A stretch of 43,108 bases of DNA from an uncultured Piscirickettsiaceae bacterium (lineage in GTDB: Bacteria; Pseudomonadota; Gammaproteobacteria; GCF-002020875): positions 1 through 43,108 of the forward strand of contig CAZYJG010000002.1 of NCBI GenBank assembly GCA_964647745.1, written 5' to 3'. Shown piece by piece: positions 39,545 to 43,108 of this stretch (the stretch's first letter is position 1; the number at the start of each line of letters is the position of its first letter). The position numbers and the translations under genes were made by a program. A model generated the notes under the pieces. The model ran no database searches. It was not told the origin of the DNA and was given only the letters and a program-made list of their open reading frames with translations.

Positions 39545-40147
39545 TCAATCGAGCTCTCTGGTAACCGAGAAGGCACCACGCAGATCCCCTGGCTTGAAGC
39601 CGGTCGCCTGCTCATAGGGATAGAGATCCCGAATGGTCTTCAGTACGTCTGGAGCAATCAACTCGCCATGACAGACCATGCAGGGCTTGCTGGCCGGAAT
39701 CGCCTTCATGTAACGGAAGAGCCGCTCCCCACCCTTCTGCTCCACCACCTCGTGGTACTCCACCTGGCTGGGCTCCTCACCCGCTGCAAAACGTGCCTCA
39801 AACTGCTCCAGCACCCGAATCTCCCAGGCATCGGGGGCATTCTTGGGATTACGCAGACGCAGACTGGTGCGACGAATATTGAGCCCGGTACGACGGTTGG
39901 ATGCCGCCTTTGTGATGGGCTGCGCCTGTACATTACAGGCGGCAATTGCAGCGGAGGGGCCGCCCGCCTTCATTCCCGTAACCAGTGCATGCTTCAGTTT
40001 GACAAACAGCTTCTTGGCCAGTGCACGACTCTCCTGGACATGGACAGACATATCCTCCGCTGCAGCGGCCTCCTCTGCTGCAGTAACCATGGTTGCCGGT
40101 GATGCAAGCAACATTGTGAGTGCTGCACTTAGTAGTACTTTTTTCAT
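39545..40147 (-). CDS. periplasmic DUF3365 (Tll0287-like) c-type heme protein
   Basis: Signal peptide (MKKVLLSAALTMLLASPATMVTA). A single CMVCH heme motif lies in the DUF3365 C-terminal context (FRYMKAI....CMVCHG......L..I..LYP.D.ATGF..GDLRGAFSV). GGGGAGAGG Shine-Dalgarno. 200 aa. Sits 86 nt upstream of the cytochrome fusion gene's GTG start (38 nt from the track's TTG at 39506). Confidence 0.85.
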   Translation of the reverse strand: MKKVLLSAALTMLLASPATMVTAAEEAAAAEDMSVHVQESRALAKKLFVKLKHALVTGMKAGGPSAAIAACNVQAQPITKAASNRRTGLNIRRTSLRLRNPKNAPDAWEIRVLEQFEARFAAGEEPSQVEYHEVVEQKGGERLFRYMKAIPASKPCMVCHGELIAPDVLKTIRDLYPYEQATGFKPGDLRGAFSVTRELD

Positions 40148-40179
40148 AACCTCTCCCCTGAGTATGACCAGTCAGAAAC

Positions 40180-40200
40180 AAAAAACGTCACTGGGTGACA
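40180..40200 (-). terminator. weak terminator-like hairpin plus T6 between the radical SAM gene and the DUF3365 gene
   Basis: Minus strand reads TGTCAC-cca-GTGACG-TTTTTTGTTT. The stem is 5-6 bp and lies 33-53 nt upstream of the DUF3365 ATG. Confidence 0.3.
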
Positions 40201-40385
40201 GCGATTATCCCACCTGGATGGGTGCATCCATGGGATGGATTCTGCCGACACTCCGACGACTCTTACGATATACCCTAATCGAGTTATGGAAAATTCTCAA
40301 GTATTCAATATGTTGGTTTAACGCAAGACTTGTGATGTCCGGTCGCTTCCTCAGAATTAGTGAGTATCGGGTTGGGGCTGAACCA

Positions 40386-42035
40386 CTACAGTCTGGCCTG
40401 TGGTCGTGATACAGAGCGATGGATGCCCACTCCATTCCGAAAGATGGAGGAGAACCATAGACGCAACCCCCTCATCCACCCCATCCGTTCCGGTTGTTCA
40501 CCCTGCGATAGCATCACCCTCAGGTTGTCCATTGCCGCACGGCCAATATAGTCAAACTCATCACTCTTGCCCACCTCTTCCAGTGCCTTCAGGTAGGCAC
40601 GACCAATCATGGAACCCAGTGGTGGTGGATTGTAGAGCAGCTTCTTGATAATAAAGGGGTTGAGGGTCAGTGGGTTGTACCCTTTCTTAAGATATCCCTC
40701 GCTGATCAGCAACTGTTCCACGGGGGTATTGGGCTGCACCCCGACAAAGAAGATGAACGGGAGCACAAAGTCACGCCCAAACATCTCATAAAGCTCATCA
40801 ATCCGATCCAGGGTCTGGTGCAGCGTCTCGATACTCTCCCCAGGCGCATTCAGAGGCATGTAGAGCTTGATTGGCTCCTTGATGTGCCCCCCATCCCGCA
40901 ACATCCGAAACCCCTCCATCTGCTGCTCCAGTTTGTACCCCAGACTCATCTGGTCAATAACATGCTGTGATCCGGTAAAGGTGAGATCAACACTACTCAG
41001 CCCGGTCTCAAACATCTTCTTTGCCAACTCCGGGGTCACATAATTGAAGCGAAGATAACCGGCCCATGAAATCTTCACCTCGCGGGCCAGCAACTCATCC
41101 AGAATAGCCTCTGCCTGGTGGGCACTCCGCCTGGTCGAGATAAACTGCGCATCGGTAAACCAGATCTTCTCCACCCCGAAATCCCGACTCAGTGTCTCAA
41201 TCTCCCTGGCCACCTCCGCTGGGTTGCGATAGCGCTGGCGATGCCCCTCAATCTCGTTGTAGATACAGAAGTTGCAGTGGTAGGGGCAGCCCCGCTTGGT
41301 CTGTACCCCAATGAAGTCCCCATCCAGATACTGCTCAAATCCGGGAAAGATGGATTGAATATAGTGAAAGTCGACCGCTATCAGATTTTCCAGTGCAAAC
41401 TCCAGGCTCTCCACCCGATGCTCAACCCTTCCAAAATCGTCCTTGTGATAATACTCACCCAGTGGATGACGGTTCCCATCCGCAATCGAGACCAGGGTAT
41501 CCTCTCCCTCCCCAACGACCACATAGCTGTTGTCCGGACAGCGCTTGATCACATGCTCGGCAAAGATCGAAACCGCCGCCCCCCCCACCAGAACGGTTGC
41601 ATCAGGGGCAATCCGACGGACCAGTTTCATGAAACCAAAGTTGTTGAGCCGGCTCTCCAGATACTCCCAGATAATAAAGATCGCATCCCATGCCGCCCGG
41701 ATCCGTTTCCAGATCGAGCTAGAGTGGTCAAAATTCATCACCACATCCAGCGCATCATTTTCAGGATGAGGACCAAATGTCTGCATGTTGCGCCATGAGA
41801 AGGCGACCAGATCCGGCTGGAACTGCCGAACCCTCTCTGCAACCACCCTTCTGCGCTCACGTTTATCAACCAGGGCCAGATCCAATAGCTCCTGTTCAAT
41901 ATGCGGTCGCTGTTGATGCAGGTAGTGGGCCAGATAGACCATCCCACCCGGATAGATCTTCCAGACCGGAAGGCGAATATAGAGAACCCTTTTGGCAGCT
42001 AATCCGTTTTTCATCTTTCTCATCCATGCAGACAC
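40386..42035 (-). CDS. B12-binding-domain radical SAM enzyme (class B rSAM), about 540-549 aa
   Basis: N-terminal Rossmann-like B12-binding region (VLYIRLP...PDLVAFSWRN...VLVGGAAVS). Radical SAM cluster motif (RGCPYHCNFCIY). The track start is GTG at 42033-42035. In-frame ATGs at 42021-42023 and 42012-42014 are at least as likely, given the predicted promoter. Confidence 0.87.
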   Translation of the reverse strand: MSAWMRKMKNGLAAKRVLYIRLPVWKIYPGGMVYLAHYLHQQRPHIEQELLDLALVDKRERRRVVAERVRQFQPDLVAFSWRNMQTFGPHPENDALDVVMNFDHSSSIWKRIRAAWDAIFIIWEYLESRLNNFGFMKLVRRIAPDATVLVGGAAVSIFAEHVIKRCPDNSYVVVGEGEDTLVSIADGNRHPLGEYYHKDDFGRVEHRVESLEFALENLIAVDFHYIQSIFPGFEQYLDGDFIGVQTKRGCPYHCNFCIYNEIEGHRQRYRNPAEVAREIETLSRDFGVEKIWFTDAQFISTRRSAHQAEAILDELLAREVKISWAGYLRFNYVTPELAKKMFETGLSSVDLTFTGSQHVIDQMSLGYKLEQQMEGFRMLRDGGHIKEPIKLYMPLNAPGESIETLHQTLDRIDELYEMFGRDFVLPFIFFVGVQPNTPVEQLLISEGYLKKGYNPLTLNPFIIKKLLYNPPPLGSMIGRAYLKALEEVGKSDEFDYIGRAAMDNLRVMLSQGEQPERMGWMRGLRLWFSSIFRNGVGIHRSVSRPQARL

Positions 42036-42046
42036 ACTGTATTAGT

Positions 42047-42074
42047 GTTATATGATATTGCGAGCGGATTTCAA
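42047..42074 (-). promoter_or_regulatory. candidate sigma-70 promoter of the radical SAM gene (TTGAAA-N16-TATAAC)
   Basis: On the minus strand, TTGAAA lies at 42069-42074 and TATAAC at 42047-42052 with a 16-nt spacer. If used, transcription starts only about 5-10 nt upstream of the GTG at 42035, which favours a downstream ATG start. Confidence 0.35.
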
Positions 42075-42186
42075 TGGATCTCAAAATAAAAAGTTCTCTT
42101 GATGAGTGGCTTGCGATTCTTGCAAGAGAATGAGAGCAGCTGAGATTGATTGCTGTCGTCAAGGTTACAAAAAGTTGTCCATGTAA

Positions 42187-42212
42187 CCCGTTTGAAATAC
42201 TTTTGAAACGGG
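42187..42212. promoter_or_regulatory. 26-nt near-perfect palindrome (CCCGTTTGAAA-tact-TTTGAAACGGG) in the divergent rSAM/rhodanese control region
   Basis: Read directly. There are 7+3 complementary positions with a single central G/G mismatch. It also contains a direct repeat of TTTGAAA. Lies about 60 nt upstream of the rhodanese ATG. Its role as an operator is inferred. Confidence 0.3.
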
Positions 42213-42272
42213 CTGGAAATATTCATGGTCTACACTATCAGTGAGAGCTAATGATAAACAGGTCACAGAGCC

Positions 42273-42671
42273 ATGAAACAGATCTCCGTTGAAAATTTTG
42301 TCAGTGCAATCCAGTCTGGTGTCGATATCCAGGTGATCGACGTTCGCACTCAAGATGAGGCGAAACTGATGGGATTTACCCTTCCAGGAACCCTTCAGAT
42401 TCCAAAGGATCAGTTTTTCAGCAACAAGGGTATTGCTCGTATCCCACGAAACCGCAAGGTGGTGATCTCCTGCAAGATGGGAGATCGAGGCAAGACAGTC
42501 ACCACGGCACTCAACTACATGGGGTTTCATAATGTCTACAACCTGGAAGGGGGACTATTGGCGCTCACCGAATACCTGGATCCTGATACCGCCAGCCACA
42601 CGTTGACCAATAATAGGCAACCGACGGAAGCGATTCATCAGAGACGTTCCCTCACTTTAGAGGCAGCCTGA
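42273..42671 (+). CDS. single-domain rhodanese-like sulfurtransferase
   Basis: Rhodanese fold pattern (IQVIDVRTQDE...) and an active-site loop with Cys (VVISCKMGDRGKT), followed by GF.NVYNLEGG. 132 aa. ATG start. Confidence 0.85.
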   Translation: MKQISVENFVSAIQSGVDIQVIDVRTQDEAKLMGFTLPGTLQIPKDQFFSNKGIARIPRNRKVVISCKMGDRGKTVTTALNYMGFHNVYNLEGGLLALTEYLDPDTASHTLTNNRQPTEAIHQRRSLTLEAA

Positions 42672-42970
42672 CGATCACAGCCTGAACTTCCAATGATTCT
42701 ATGGGAAAATTTTTCAGGCAATCATATTTCGCAAGCCAATCCCTATATATTACTGGCACCCAGTCAGCGCGAGAGTACGCCTGTAGCCGGAGTCCACTCT
42801 CTATCAGCCACCCCGTCAGCTAGGGATCCTTTTTCTCGGCTCCCTCAAGACCACTCCCATCCTCAGACCCCTGATCCACCACTCCAATCTCTCCAGAATA
42901 ACCGCTTACAATCACCGGTAAAGAGGGTGCCGAAGGTAAATAATCTGTCAAAATCATCCATAGCTAACTG

Positions 42971-43028
42971 ATATTGTTGTATTTTTTAGCGAGCAAACCC
43001 GAACGCTAACGTCAATTTACAACAATAT
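42971..43028. repeat. 11-bp perfect inverted repeat (ATATTGTTGTA ... TACAACAATAT) separated by 36 nt
   Basis: Read directly: 42971-42981 and 43018-43028. Lies in a 437-nt apparently non-coding, more AT-rich stretch upstream of a gene whose AAGGAG Shine-Dalgarno sits at the window end (43103-43108). Confidence 0.9.
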
Positions 43029-43052
43029 AATTCAATAAGTTATAGGTGATTG

Positions 43053-43068
43053 CGGCACAAATGCAGCA
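43053..43068 (+). promoter_or_regulatory. possible sigma-54 (-24/-12) promoter-like element cGGCAC-N5-caGCa
   Basis: GG at 43054-43055 and GC at 43066-43067 have the canonical 10-nt separation, and GGCAC matches the -24 box. The -12 box is imperfect (CAGCA versus TTGCA). The element lies about 35 nt upstream of the terminal Shine-Dalgarno. Confidence 0.2.
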
Positions 43069-43108
43069 CAGTACTGGAAGATTCCGTGCGGCACCAAAGA
43101 AAAAGGAG

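Noticed and set aside
41896-42272. Search for a small RiPP-type precursor peptide next to the B12-radical SAM gene. This included the 88-aa TTG-initiated ORF at 41896-42162 and both flanking spacers.
   Set aside because: The 88-aa frame overlaps the rSAM N-terminus out of frame and has no Shine-Dalgarno. Neither the 42036-42272 nor the 40148-40385 spacer contains another short ORF with a ribosome-binding site on the minus strand.
42165-42530. 121-aa minus-strand ORF opposite the rhodanese gene.
   Set aside because: The plus-strand frame has the rhodanese active-site loop and an ATG start. The minus-strand frame has no recognisable features.
42693-42971. 92-aa plus-strand ORF after the rhodanese gene.
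   Set aside because: It has no Shine-Dalgarno, a P/S/Q-rich composition unlike other proteins here, and lies in an AT-richer regulatory-looking stretch. I keep it only as a remote possibility, mentioned in a finding.

Overview
This 43.1-kb window is gene-dense, with about 38 protein-coding genes, most on the minus strand and many separated by 0-40 nt or overlapping by 4-17 nt. It reads like the core chromosome of a gammaproteobacterium with GC in the mid-50s percent (by eye). I recognise several blocks by direct similarity to proteins I know: kbl-tdh-ppnN, bioA, an RND efflux pair, an H-NS-like gene, relA, ygiQ, a TonB/ExbB/ExbD/ExbD set, ubiA, tadA, guaBA divergent from xseA, hpt, nagZ, yajQ and a SulP transporter. 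I saw no rRNA, tRNA, CRISPR array, transposase, integrase, phage gene or obvious defence system. The supplied ORF track uses GTG/TTG starts and prints them as M, so I re-derived several starts from the nucleotides. Five parts are least ordinary. (1) At 37.5-42.7 kb there is a redox neighbourhood: a nine-heme cytochrome c fused to a six-helix, His-rich cytochrome-b-like membrane domain (the architecture described for Geobacter CbcL), preceded by a periplasmic single-heme DUF3365 protein. A B12-type radical SAM enzyme, a divergent rhodanese and a SulP transporter flank it. (2) An orphan 639-aa cytoplasmic protein has an HPr-kinase-type Walker A (GDSRTGKSE) only 14 residues from its C-terminus, and sits directly upstream of a DUF255 thioredoxin-fold protein. 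(3) An 8-kb same-strand string runs LysM protein, small secreted Cys protein, exbB, exbD, exbD, an unusually acidic tonB, ygiQ, relA. (4) A CheY-fold pseudo-receiver lacks the phospho-acceptor Asp. (5) Several perfect hairpins or terminator-like elements lie immediately upstream of start codons (sulP, xseA, DUF3365). Nothing here can be called novel without database searches. All family calls come from motif recognition by eye, and the functional links are inferences.
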